Shown: in pieces, positions 27,199 through 38,000 of the stretch | Numbering within the stretch: position 1 is the first letter of the stretch | Layout of the letters: each line of letters opens with the position of its first letter | IMG/VR virus record: IMGVR_UViG_3300044788_000027 | Span: 1 to 45,599 of that record | From: a virus | Taxonomy: Duplodnaviria; Caudoviricetes | Strand: one strand, 5' to 3' | Length of the DNA stretch: 45,599 nt | The notes under the pieces: model-generated | Database searches by the model: none | What the model was told of the DNA's origin: nothing | Seen by the model: the letters and a program-made list of their open reading frames with translations, nothing else | Made by a program: the position numbers and the translations under genes

Positions 27199-29433
27199 AT
27201 GCCTCAGAGCACCTTTCAACGCGCGTTTGCCGGCGGCGAGCTCGCGCCGGCGCTGGCGGCTCGAGCGGACCAGGCGAAATACATCACCGGCCTGCGCACC
27301 TGCCGCAACTTCATCGTCCAGCGATCGGGCGGCGTCGCGAACCGGGCCGGCCTGCGCTACATCAACGAGTGTAAGGGCGGCGGCAGCACGGGCGTGTTCC
27401 TCATGCGCTACGTGTCGGAAATCGCCGGCGATTCGATCCTGATCGAAGTGGGCAACGGATTCCTGCGGTTCTACAAGAACGGCGGCCTCGTCACCCTCGC
27501 CGGCGTGGCGGCCTACGGCGGCGCGACGCCCTACGTCATCGGCGACATCGTGGTGAGTGGCGGCGTGAACTACTACTGCATCGCGCCCACGACCGGCAAC
27601 GCGCCGCCGAACGCGGCGTTCTGGTATGCGATGCCCTCGAACATTCTCGAGGTGCCGCACTTCTTCGGCGGCAATCCGTTCAAGTGGGTGCAGAGCGGGA
27701 ACGTCATCACGCTGACCTCGCCGGTGCAGAAACCTTACGAGCTCGTCTACAGCGCGCTCACCGTCTGGGCCATGCAAGCCGTGAACACGGCACCGCGCAT
27801 CGGCCCGCCGACCGGCCTGGCCGGCGTCGCCGGAGCGGCGGGCACGCAGAGCTACACCTACGTGGTCACCGCGGCAGCCGTTGACACGCTCGAGGAAAGC
27901 ACGCAGAGCGCGCCGTTCCAGATCAACACGATGGCCCCGCCCACGCCGGCCGCGCCGAATACGCTCAGCTGGACGGCACCCACCGGCGGGCCTGCGGCGG
28001 CCGAGTATTACGTCTATCTCGACCCGACCGGGAACGGCACGTTCGGGTTCATCGGCACGGCCACCGGCATCGTGACGTTCGCCGACGACGGCCTGACGCC
28101 GGATTTCACGCTGACGCCACCGCTGCCGCGCGTGCTCTTCAATGTCGCCGACGACTACCCCTCGAGCGCCGCCTACTATCAGCAGCGGCGGTTCTTCGCG
28201 AACACGAACAACAACCCGGATGCGATTTGGGGCAGCCGCACGGGCCTGCCGAGCAACTTCAATATCTCGAGCCCGATTCAAGAAGACGACGCGATCACGT
28301 TTCGCATCGCCGCCAACGAGCACAACCCCGTGCGGAACCTGGTCGGTCTGAAGACCTTGAACGTGCTCACCGACGCGGGCATCTGGACGGTCGGCCAGCC
28401 GAAAACCACGCTGTCGCCGGCGAACCTGCCCGCCGATCAGGAAACCTACGCGGGCACGTCGGACTTGCGGCCGGTCGTGGTCGGCAACGCGATCCTCTAC
28501 GTGCAGGCGCGCGGCTCGATCGTGCGTGATGTCCAGTTCGATCAGCAGGTGGAAGGCCTGGGCGGGCGCGACCTGACGATCTTCGCGCAGCACTTGTTCG
28601 ATGGGTTCACCCTCACGTCGATCGATTTCCAGCAGACGCCGAACAGCATCATCTGGGCCTGCCGCAGTGACGGCACGCTGCTTGGGCTCACCTACCTGCG
28701 CGAACAAGACATCTGGGGCTGGCATCGCCACAACACCGAGGCGCTTGGCTATTTTCAAAGCGTGTGCGTCGTGCCCGAGAGTGGCGAGGATGCCGTCTAC
28801 GTTATCGTGCGGCGGTTCATCGGCGGCGCCTTTCACCGCTACATCGAGCGCCTCGAGCGGCGCGTGATTCAAAACTTCAACGTCGATAGCTTTTTCGTCG
28901 ATGCCGGGCTGACCTACAACGGCGCGCCGGCGACGACGATCGCGGGCCTCGCCCACCTCAACGGCGAGGTCGTCGCCGTCGTCGCCGATGGCAAAGTGAT
29001 CTTCGATGGCAACCCTGCGGCGAGCAACGCGGCCGACTTTACCGTCGCCGCCGGCACCATCCCGCACGTGCTCGCCGTGCCGGCCAGCGTCATCCACGCC
29101 GGCCTCGCGATCCGCTACGCGGACCTCGAGCTGCTCGACCTCGATGTGCAGGGCGCCGATATTCGCGACAAGAAGAAGCGCGTCGGCAGCGTGACACTGT
29201 TGCTCGAGGGCAGCGTGCGCACGTTCTACGCCGGCCCGTCCGATGTAGACGAGCTCACCCGTGTCAAACTGAACCCCGAAGAGACGGGCCTCGAGGGCGT
29301 GCCGTTCACCGGCCAGGAAGAGATCAACGTGTCGGCCGACTGGAACGACTACGGCCGCGTGCTCATCCGCCATACCGATCCGCTGCCGTTCACCGTGCTC
29401 GGCGTGCTCCCGAACCTGACGATTGGAGGCTGA
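27199..29433 (+). CDS. Tail nozzle / tubular protein B (T7 gp12/P22 gp10-like)
   Basis: QRAFAGGELAP..CRNFIVQ.SGG..YYQQRRFFA..WGWHRH..GLAHLNG; CBM-like insert YVIGDIV..YYCI. Confidence 0.88.
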   Translation: MPQSTFQRAFAGGELAPALAARADQAKYITGLRTCRNFIVQRSGGVANRAGLRYINECKGGGSTGVFLMRYVSEIAGDSILIEVGNGFLRFYKNGGLVTLAGVAAYGGATPYVIGDIVVSGGVNYYCIAPTTGNAPPNAAFWYAMPSNILEVPHFFGGNPFKWVQSGNVITLTSPVQKPYELVYSALTVWAMQAVNTAPRIGPPTGLAGVAGAAGTQSYTYVVTAAAVDTLEESTQSAPFQINTMAPPTPAAPNTLSWTAPTGGPAAAEYYVYLDPTGNGTFGFIGTATGIVTFADDGLTPDFTLTPPLPRVLFNVADDYPSSAAYYQQRRFFANTNNNPDAIWGSRTGLPSNFNISSPIQEDDAITFRIAANEHNPVRNLVGLKTLNVLTDAGIWTVGQPKTTLSPANLPADQETYAGTSDLRPVVVGNAILYVQARGSIVRDVQFDQQVEGLGGRDLTIFAQHLFDGFTLTSIDFQQTPNSIIWACRSDGTLLGLTYLREQDIWGWHRHNTEALGYFQSVCVVPESGEDAVYVIVRRFIGGAFHRYIERLERRVIQNFNVDSFFVDAGLTYNGAPATTIAGLAHLNGEVVAVVADGKVIFDGNPAASNAADFTVAAGTIPHVLAVPASVIHAGLAIRYADLELLDLDVQGADIRDKKKRVGSVTLLLEGSVRTFYAGPSDVDELTRVKLNPEETGLEGVPFTGQEEINVSADWNDYGRVLIRHTDPLPFTVLGVLPNLTIGG

Positions 29434-29434
29434 T

Positions 29435-29764
29435 GTGTCGAAGCTGGTGAACATGAAGATGCCGAAGGTCGAGCTCGAGAAGCGGGCCGAACGCTCGACG
29501 ATCGCGACCGAGGGCCCGCGTTATCCCTGGGGCTTGAGTGTGAACCTCGAGTCGTGCTGTCTGAAGGCGCTCGGCCTCGAGGCGTCTGACTTCACGATCG
29601 GCGAATCGAAAACGCTCATCGCGCGCGTCGAGGTCACGAGCATCTCGAGCAACGAGAGCCAGAACAGCGAACCCAACCAGAGCGTCAGCCTGCAGATCAC
29701 CGACCTCTGCATCGAAGACGGCGACGAGGCGAGCAAGGCCGCCAAATCGCTCTACAAGGCGTAA
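29435..29764 (+). CDS. Small virion protein (capsid staple-like)
   Basis: LVNMK..YPWGL..L..LG..V.LQITD. Confidence 0.6.
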   Translation: MSKLVNMKMPKVELEKRAERSTIATEGPRYPWGLSVNLESCCLKALGLEASDFTIGESKTLIARVEVTSISSNESQNSEPNQSVSLQITDLCIEDGDEASKAAKSLYKA

Positions 29765-29767
29765 CGC

Positions 29768-30328
29768 ATGGCCGCGTTCACCGCTCTCGCCATCGCCTCA
29801 ACGATCGCCAGCATCGGCCTGCAGGCTTACGGGCAGCACAAAGCCGGCAAGGCGGCCGAGGCGGCCGGCGCCGCGGAAAAGAAAGCGAGCGACAGCCAGG
29901 CCGCGCTTGCCGACTACAACGCCAGCGTCGCCGAGCTGCAGGCCAAGGATGCCGTCGAACGCGGCGCCGAGGAAGAGGCACGGTTCCGCAGCCAGGTGCG
30001 CGGCGCGGTCGGATCGCAACGCGCAGGATTCGCCGCCAGCAACGTCGATGTCGGCTTCGGATCGGCCGTGGACGTGCAGGCGGATGCCGCGTATCTCGGC
30101 GAGCTCGACGCCCTCACCATCAAGAACAACGCGACGCGCGAGGCGTGGGGCTATCAAGTGGAATCCTACGATCTCAAGCAGCGCGCACGCATCGCCCGCG
30201 AAACGGGCGTGTATCAAGAGAAAACCGGCAAGGAAGGCGCGAAGGCCGGCAACCTGGCCGCGCTCGGCACGATCGCCACCGGCGCCGGCAGTCTGCTCGC
30301 CACCCGTTACGGATTCGGGAAACACTGA
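29768..30328 (+). CDS. Internal virion/ejection protein (T7 gp14-like)
   Basis: Hydrophobic N-terminus; GSQRAGFAASNVDVGFGSAVDV..NATREAWGY. Confidence 0.8.
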   Translation: MAAFTALAIASTIASIGLQAYGQHKAGKAAEAAGAAEKKASDSQAALADYNASVAELQAKDAVERGAEEEARFRSQVRGAVGSQRAGFAASNVDVGFGSAVDVQADAAYLGELDALTIKNNATREAWGYQVESYDLKQRARIARETGVYQEKTGKEGAKAGNLAALGTIATGAGSLLATRYGFGKH

Positions 30329-32061
30329 TGCCTACCGTGCAAACCTACGGCGCGCGCAAGGTCAGCACCGCGCGATTGCCCGGCGCGCGATTGACCGCGG
30401 CCGAGACGCCGGAGTCACAGGGCGCCGGCCTGGCCTCGGCTCAAGGCCGCACCGCCGGCGTCATCAACCAGATCGGCCGCCAGGTGGGCGCGCTCGGCGA
30501 GAGCCTCTACGGCCAGGCCCAAGAGGAACAGCGGCACGCCGACCAGGTGGCGCTGATGGAAGCCGAAAACAAACTGTCATCCTGGGAGAATCAGCGCCTC
30601 TACGACCCGGAGAACGGCGCGCTCGGCGTCAAGGGCAAGGCCGCGATGGGCCTGCCGGAAACCGTCAACGGCGACTACCAGAAGTTCGCCGGCGAGATCG
30701 AGCAGGGCCTCACAACCGATCGCCAGCGCGAAGCGTTCGCCGTCGTCGCCGGCCGGCGCGGGCAGAGCATCGATCTGACGCTGCAGCGGCACGTCTTCGG
30801 CGAGATCAAGCAATACGAAAGCGACGAGCTCACGAAGCTCATCGACAACAAGAAGCAGGAAGCGATTCAGAACGCGGCCGACCCGCGGCGCGTGGGCGTC
30901 GCGCTGAACGATGCGATCGCCGCGCTCGAGAGCTCGGCCCCGCGTTTGGGCACTGGCCCCGAAGAGCTCGCCGCACAGAAGCGCCTCATCACCAGCAACA
31001 CGCACGTCGGCGTGCTCGAGCAGCTGCTCGCGACCGGCCAGGGCAAGCAGGCGAAAGTTTATTTCGACGAAACGAAGGGCCTGATCTCCGGCGACCAGCT
31101 GCCGCGCATCGAGCGCGCGCTCGCGGAAGGCGACACCCGCGGCGAGTCGCAGAAGCAGGCCGATGCCATCCTGGCCGCCGGTGGCACGTTGTCCGAGCAG
31201 CTCGCGAAGGCGAAAACGATCGATGACCCGGCCGTGCGCGATATGACCGAGCAGCGCCTCGAGCACCAGAACAGCATCAACGAACGGATCCAGCGCGAGC
31301 AGAGCGAGGCGGCGCTCAAGGCGTCTTACGATCGCATCGACCAAACCGGCGACCCCTACAGCATCCCGCCGAGCACGTGGGCGAGCCTCAGCGGCGGCGA
31401 ACGGTCCTCGCTCCTGGCGTATGCCGAGCACCGCGCGAAGGGCACCGAGGTCGAAACCGATCTGCCGACCTACTACAACCTGATGCAGACGGCTTCGAAA
31501 GAGCCGGGGATCTTCGCGACCGCGAACCTGCTCAAATATCGCGACAAACTCGGCCGCACCGAGTTCAAGCAGCTCACCGAGCTGCAGCTCGCGATGCGGC
31601 GCGGCGACAAACCCGTCGCCGAGCAGGCCCTCGACGAGTTCCGCTCGAGCAACCAGATCGTCAGCGATACGCTCAACCAATACGGCATCGATCCGACACC
31701 GAAGGAAGGCAGCAAGCCAGCTGCGGCCATCGCGCAGCTGCGCCGCATGCTCGACTTGCGCGTCGCTGCCGCGCAGCCGATCGATCCCAAGACCGGCAAG
31801 CGGCCGAAGATCACCAACGTCGAGGTGCAGCGGGCGCTCGACGATCTGCTCGGCCAGAGCGCCAACGTCAAAGGTTCCTGGTGGAACATCTGGCCGGGCG
31901 GCGCGCCGTTCTACGACACCAGTAAAAAGCTGATCGACCTGACGATCGAAGATGTGCCCGCCGACGCGAAAGCGGACATCACGCAGAAGCTCAAACGCCG
32001 CGGCCTGCCGGCGACCGACCCGGCCGTGCTCAACGTGTATATCGAGTCACAGGTCAAGTGA
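30328..32061 (+). CDS. Internal virion/ejection protein (gp15-like)
   Basis: MPTVQTY start, helical, lies between the other two ejection genes. Confidence 0.75.
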   Translation: MPTVQTYGARKVSTARLPGARLTAAETPESQGAGLASAQGRTAGVINQIGRQVGALGESLYGQAQEEQRHADQVALMEAENKLSSWENQRLYDPENGALGVKGKAAMGLPETVNGDYQKFAGEIEQGLTTDRQREAFAVVAGRRGQSIDLTLQRHVFGEIKQYESDELTKLIDNKKQEAIQNAADPRRVGVALNDAIAALESSAPRLGTGPEELAAQKRLITSNTHVGVLEQLLATGQGKQAKVYFDETKGLISGDQLPRIERALAEGDTRGESQKQADAILAAGGTLSEQLAKAKTIDDPAVRDMTEQRLEHQNSINERIQREQSEAALKASYDRIDQTGDPYSIPPSTWASLSGGERSSLLAYAEHRAKGTEVETDLPTYYNLMQTASKEPGIFATANLLKYRDKLGRTEFKQLTELQLAMRRGDKPVAEQALDEFRSSNQIVSDTLNQYGIDPTPKEGSKPAAAIAQLRRMLDLRVAAAQPIDPKTGKRPKITNVEVQRALDDLLGQSANVKGSWWNIWPGGAPFYDTSKKLIDLTIEDVPADAKADITQKLKRRGLPATDPAVLNVYIESQVK

Positions 32062-35000
32062 GCGATTTCGATCAGACCATCGACGCGATGCAGGAACCCG
32101 CGCCCGGCACGCAGCCGGCGCCGCCGGATCCGTTCGATCAGGCCATCGACCGCATCAACGCCACCGGCCGCACGCAGCTCGAGACAGCGTTCCGCACAAC
32201 GGCCGACGTGGCCCCCGATCGCGCGGCCGAAGCGCGGCGCCTCGCGCTCAAGTTTGGCGCGCCGGCCCAAGTCATCGAGCGCAACCTCGAGGACTATCAG
32301 AAGCGCGCCGCCGGCGAGAAGCCGATCGACCAAATCACGCACGACAGCCCCGCGCTCGCGACGTGGGCGAAGGACACCAACAACGCGGCGATCGCGCAGG
32401 ACGACCTCGAGCCACTGGGAAATCTCGAGTGGATCCTCAAAGCCGTGCCGCGCGCGTTCCAGCAACAGGTTGATCAGGTCGCCTACAGCCAGCTCCGCTA
32501 CAAAAGTCTGTTCAGCACGCTGACGCAGGCCGAACACGACCTGATGGAGAGCACGAAGCGCGCGAGCACGCTCGGCGGCGAGCTCGGCGCCGGCAATAGC
32601 TGGTTCCGCAAAGCGATTACCGGCGCCTCGCAGCTACTCGCGCAAGGCGTCGAGCCGATCAAATACACCATCGCGGGACTTGGCGAGGGCGCCGTCGTCG
32701 GCGCCGTCGTGGCAGCCGTGGCCCCGCCGGCGGCCCCGATCACCGCGTTCGGCGGCGCGATGGCCGGCGCCGCGATGGGCGGCACCTACGGCGTCATCCG
32801 CACGACCGCGATGCAGGAGACGGTGCAGGCTTACGACGAGCTGCTCGAGATGCGCGACGAGCATGGCGTCGGCGTGGATCCGCAGATCGCGAAGATCGCC
32901 GCGCTCGGCGTCGGCGGCCTCAACGGCCTGATCGAGCTCGCCGGCGTCGAGAAGTTCCTCGAAACCATCCCCGGCCTCGACAAGCTGCGCGGCAAGCTCT
33001 CACGCAGCGCGATGAAGGAGGCACTGCGCTCGCCGACGATCCGCAGCGCGTTCCGCCAACTCGCGACCGAATACGGCGGCACGCTGACCGCCGAGACGGC
33101 GACCGAAGTGGCGCAGCGCGCCGTCGCGATCGCGGGCGAAGAGCTCTCGAAGAGCGCCAGCGCCACGAAGGGCGTCACGACGTTGACCGGCACCGCGGCG
33201 ATGCGCACGCCGAGCCAGGTGGGCACCGAGCTCATTGACGAAGCCGTGGGCGCCGTGCAGTCGTTCGCGCTCGGCATCGCGCCGGGCCCCGTCGCCACGT
33301 TCGTGCACGACGCGGCACGGGCCAAGCGCGCGAGCATCAATCAATCATTCTTCAAGGCGCTCAACGAGGGCGTGGCGCAGTCGAAGACGTTCGAGCGGCT
33401 GCCCGAGGCGGCGCAGCGCTTCGTGGAAGAGGCGACGAAGGACGGGCCCGTGGGCACCGTCTACGCGCCCATCGACAGCTGGCGGCAATACTGGCAATCA
33501 CAGAACCTCGACCCGGCGGCGATGGCCGAGCAGGTGACCGGCAACAAGACGGCTTACGACCAGGCGGTCGCCAGTGGCGGCGACCTACCGATCCCGACCG
33601 CCCGCTACGCGGTCACCCTGGCCGGCACCGAACATAACGGCTACTTTGCCGACGAGCTCCGGCTCGGCCCCGACGAGATGAACGGCCGGGAGCAGAAGCA
33701 GTTCGTCGAGCAGCTACAGGCCGCGCGCGAGCTCGTGACCCAGGCCGCCACCGCAGAGCCCAACGCGGCGCGCCAGGGGGTGCTCGAGCGCCTCACCGCG
33801 GCCGGCGTGCCCGCCGAGACGGCCCAACGCTACGCCGACATCTACGCCTCGGCCGGCGGCGAGTCGGGCATCTTCGCCGGCGGCGCCGTCACGCGCGCCG
33901 GCATGGATCCGGCCGAGTTCTACCGGCAATACGGCCTCACCATCAGCCGGGAGGGGCAGGCAATAAGTGTTCCACGTGGAACATCTGAGCAGACCCGTGC
34001 AGCCACCGCGGCAGCCACAGAGAAGGCGCCGGGCCCGCCACAGGACGACATCACGGCCGGCGTGCCCTCTGCTGAGGGCCAGGTGCCCGCCACGACGGTC
34101 GAACCCGCCCTGCCGGCCGGTGCAGGCCCGGCCGCGTTCGCGGGCCCTGAGCGGCGCCAGGCCATCGGCATCGGCCCTGCCGGCGTCGAGCGGCGCGCCA
34201 CGGCCGATCAGCCGATCGATACGACCGACGTGCACGCGGCCGTCGCGCAGATGGTCGCCGAGAATCCGAACATCAAGGCCGAGGCGGCAGCCCTGGGCGA
34301 GCGTGCGCGCGCGGCGAACCGGGAGAGCCGGGCCCGGATTGCCACGGCAAACCGGCGCGCAGACCCCCAGACGGAGCACTTCGCCGAGCAGTGGGCGGCA
34401 ACCGGCCAGGTGCGCACGGTCAGCCCCGCCGGCGTCGAGCACCTCGTCACCGAGAGCCAGGCCGAGCCGGGTAAGTTTGACGTGCAAACCCTCGAGGGCG
34501 GCGCGGTCACCGCAACGCAGACCGTTGAGAACCTGCCGGCCGCGGCCAAGCTGCTCGCGGACCATAAGGTTCTTGACAACAATCAGGCGACTGATCAGAC
34601 TGGAGCACCTCATGCCGGCCCCGAATCCCAACCGCGCGCGGCAGCTCGTAAGCGCGGGCTCGCCGCCGGGGACAGCATTGCGCCAAGCTCTCCGCGAGTC
34701 GTCGAAACCACAAGCGCCGCCGGCAACCGGAGCGTCCGGCAAGAATCGCCCGCCCAACGGGCTGAGCGCCGCGCGAAGCACTTCGCCGACGTCTTCAAGG
34801 TCGTCTACGCCAACGCGCGTCAACTAGACCCGACCGTCAACCGCAAAGCCCTGTTCGCCGAGTTCGAGCAGCGCCTCGCGCTCTACGACGAGCTGCAATC
34901 GCTCTATCGCGAGAGCGGCCACGACCCGAAGGATCTGCTGCGGGCGATCGCACAGCGCGGCGGCCTGGCCGAAAAGGCCGGCGGCTACACCGGCGAGATC

Positions 35001-38000
35001 GCCGACCTAAAGAGCGGCAACAAGTTCGGATCACTGCAAGGGGTCGGCGGCGTCTTCCGCAAGCGCGAGACGGACACGCGGGGCGTGCCAATCAAAGGGC
35101 TCGACGCGGACCTGATGACGACCTCGCTGCAGCAAGAGCAGCGGTTCAATTGGATCACCGACCCGAACGTGCTGCTCGACGCGCTCGACGAGATCAGCCG
35201 GAACCCGCCGAAAGAAGACACGTTCCCCGGCACGGCCGAGCTCTACGCCGACATGAACATCGACATGATGACAACGTGGTGGCGCGACAGCTGGCGCGAT
35301 CAGAATCTCACCGACGAGACGACGATCGATGACGGCAGCAGCGACATTCTCGAGCCGGCCGGCGCCGTCGATACCTCGTTCAACATCGACGAGTTCAGTC
35401 AATCGCTGTTCGACGAGCTCGAGCCGCCAACCGCGACGGAGACGCTCGCCGACACGCTCGACACCGGCGAGCAGCAGCCGCGGCTTCCCGACGTCGGGAC
35501 GGTGCGCGATCAGAACGTGCCGACGCCACAGCTCGAGGCGCCGTTCTCGCTCACCTCGGAGGTCGCCAAACCAGCGAAGGGCAAACAGACCACGCTGTTC
35601 CAGAGCGTCTATCACGGCACGCCCTACCGCTTCGAGAAGTTCGACCTGCAGGCGATCGGTAGCGGCGAGGGCGCGCAGGCCTACGGATGGGGGCTCTACT
35701 TTGCGGGCTCGCGCGAGGTCGCCGAGTATTACCGGGACAAGCTGACCGAGCAGCTCGGCGCGCCGGCGAATCAATTCACTGCGCTCGACACGTTCCAGAA
35801 CGACATTCTGCCCGACCAGGTGCGCCTCGACATCGCGAAGGGGCAGCAGGCGGGCGGCGCGTTCGAGGATTCGCGCGCGGCGATCGCCGCCTACAGGGCC
35901 GACTACACGGCGCGCCTCGAGCGGTCGGCGCTCTCGATTCAAGAGTTCAACGACCAGGCGGCCGGCGTGCATGCGCACACGCGCCAAGACATCGCGCTCA
36001 ACGAGGCGCGCGTGCGCGACATGGCGCGCAACCAGCAGATCCTCAGCGTGCTCGAGCAGCTCGAGGCGAGCGGCGACTTCACGACGGCCGCCGAAACGCG
36101 CGGCACGCTCTACACCGTGGAGATCCCCGAAGACGAGCACATGCTCGACCACGACAAGCTGGCAAGCCAGCAGCCGCCGGCTGTGCAGGCCGCGCTGCGC
36201 GAGCTCGGCCTGACCTGGCTGCCTACCCACATCCCGACGAACCAGGCCGAGGCGCTCAACGTGTTCGAGGCCGACTACGTGCGCGATATCTGGCTCGAGG
36301 ACGTCGGGATCCGCGAATCGCTGAAGGAAGGCCTGCACTACGCGCGGAACGACAACATGCCCGCGTTCCGCAGCTGGTTCCAACTGCACGCCGGGCTGTT
36401 CATGCCAGAAGGCAACACCGATCAGAACGGCCGACAGATCTACGACCAGCTGCAAAGCGAGTGGATGCAGACGAACCGCCACAGCTCGCTGAAGGAATCC
36501 GCGAAGGCCGCGAGTCTGCAGCTGCTCAGTAAGGGCGTGCTCGGCATTCGCTATCTCGATGGCGTCTCGAGGCGCAAAGGCGAGGGCAACGCGAACTATG
36601 TGCTGTTCGACGATCGGCACGCGCAGATCACCGAGTTCGGGCAGCCATTGCCCGCCGCACTGGACACGGCGACCGTCAACGCCTGGGCGCAGGACGTGCA
36701 GGAGCGCGCCGGCGCCGACCTGGTGCACTTCGACGTCCGACTACTCGCGAGCACCGGCGACCTCGAGCTCGAGACGATCGCCGTCAACCGCGGCGCGCAA
36801 CGGGCCGGCCTGGGCAGCCGCGTCATGCAGGAGCTCACGCGGTTCGCTGACCAGCACAACAAGCGCATCGTCGTGACGCCGGCGCCGCGCGGATTCGCGC
36901 CGGGCGGCGGGGCTGTGACCTCGAGCCGCTCGCGCCTGGTGAACTTCTACAAGCGATTCGGGTTTGTCGAGAACAAGGGCCGGCAGAAGGATTTCACCAC
37001 GCAGGCCGGCATGTATCGCGAGCCGACCGTGATCCCTGGTCGGGAGATGGCGCAACCGCTGTTCCACGGATCGCCGCATGACTTCGAGAAGTTCTCCCTC
37101 GAGCACGTCGGCACCGGGGAGGGCGCCGCATCTTACGGCTACGGGCTTTACTTCGCCGAGAACCCCGTCGTCGCCGCGGGCTATCACGATCGCCTGAGTG
37201 GCGAGCCGCAAGTGCGGCGCATGCAGATCGGTTCGCTGGTCGTCGGCCAGATGAACGATTTCGACTACTCGCGCAACGCGCACGTCAGCGACTACGAGAA
37301 CATCCGCGCGAGCTTGGCCGAGGATCTGCTGATCCATCCGCTCGATCTGCTCGCCGCCGGCGAGGCAGGTTTCCGCGAGCACGTGCTGAAGACGCTCGAC
37401 CAGAAGATCGCCGACTACGCGACCGAGTGGCCCGAGGGCGCGATCGCCGGTAAGGCGCTCCACGCGGCGCTCGCGAAACCGGGCGCGCTCAGTATCAAGT
37501 TCGATCCCAAGAGTGGCGGCGTCTACCAGGTTGACATTGCCGACAGGCACATCGAGAAAATGCTCGACTGGGACGCGCCTATTCAAGAGCAGCCGGAAGC
37601 CGTCAAAGATCTGGTGCGCAAGGCCCTGCAGGAGCAGGGCTATCTCGCTAAGGGCGAGAACGGCCCGCGTCAGCTCGTCAGCGCGTTCAAGGCGTTCACC
37701 CTTGAGCGTGGCGGCATGGCACAGGGGCCAACAGGCGAATTTGCTTACGACACGATCGTGCAGGCTGAAGTGCGCAAGCAGGGCGCCGCACTCCTGGCCG
37801 AGCAGCAGGCGCTCAACGTGAAATACCCCGGCCCTGGCATTGCGGCAATTCGATTCGGCGACACGCCAGCCGCGCAGATGGACCTGAAGCGGTTTCTCAC
37901 GATCGATGCCGAGCTCGGCAAGATTCGGGACACCGCGCCGAAGGCCGCAAGCGCGCGGCTCGCCGCGGCCGGGGTGCCTGGCTTGCGCTACCTCGACGCT

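Noticed and set aside
25888-29454. 1188-aa minus-strand ORF and other long antisense ORFs
   Set aside because: Shadow frames of high-GC3 plus-strand genes; no motifs or RBS.
31873-31888. Second parS-like sequence GGTTCCTGGTGGAACA (13/16)
   Set aside because: Lacks the central CACGTG and is explained by GSWWN codons.
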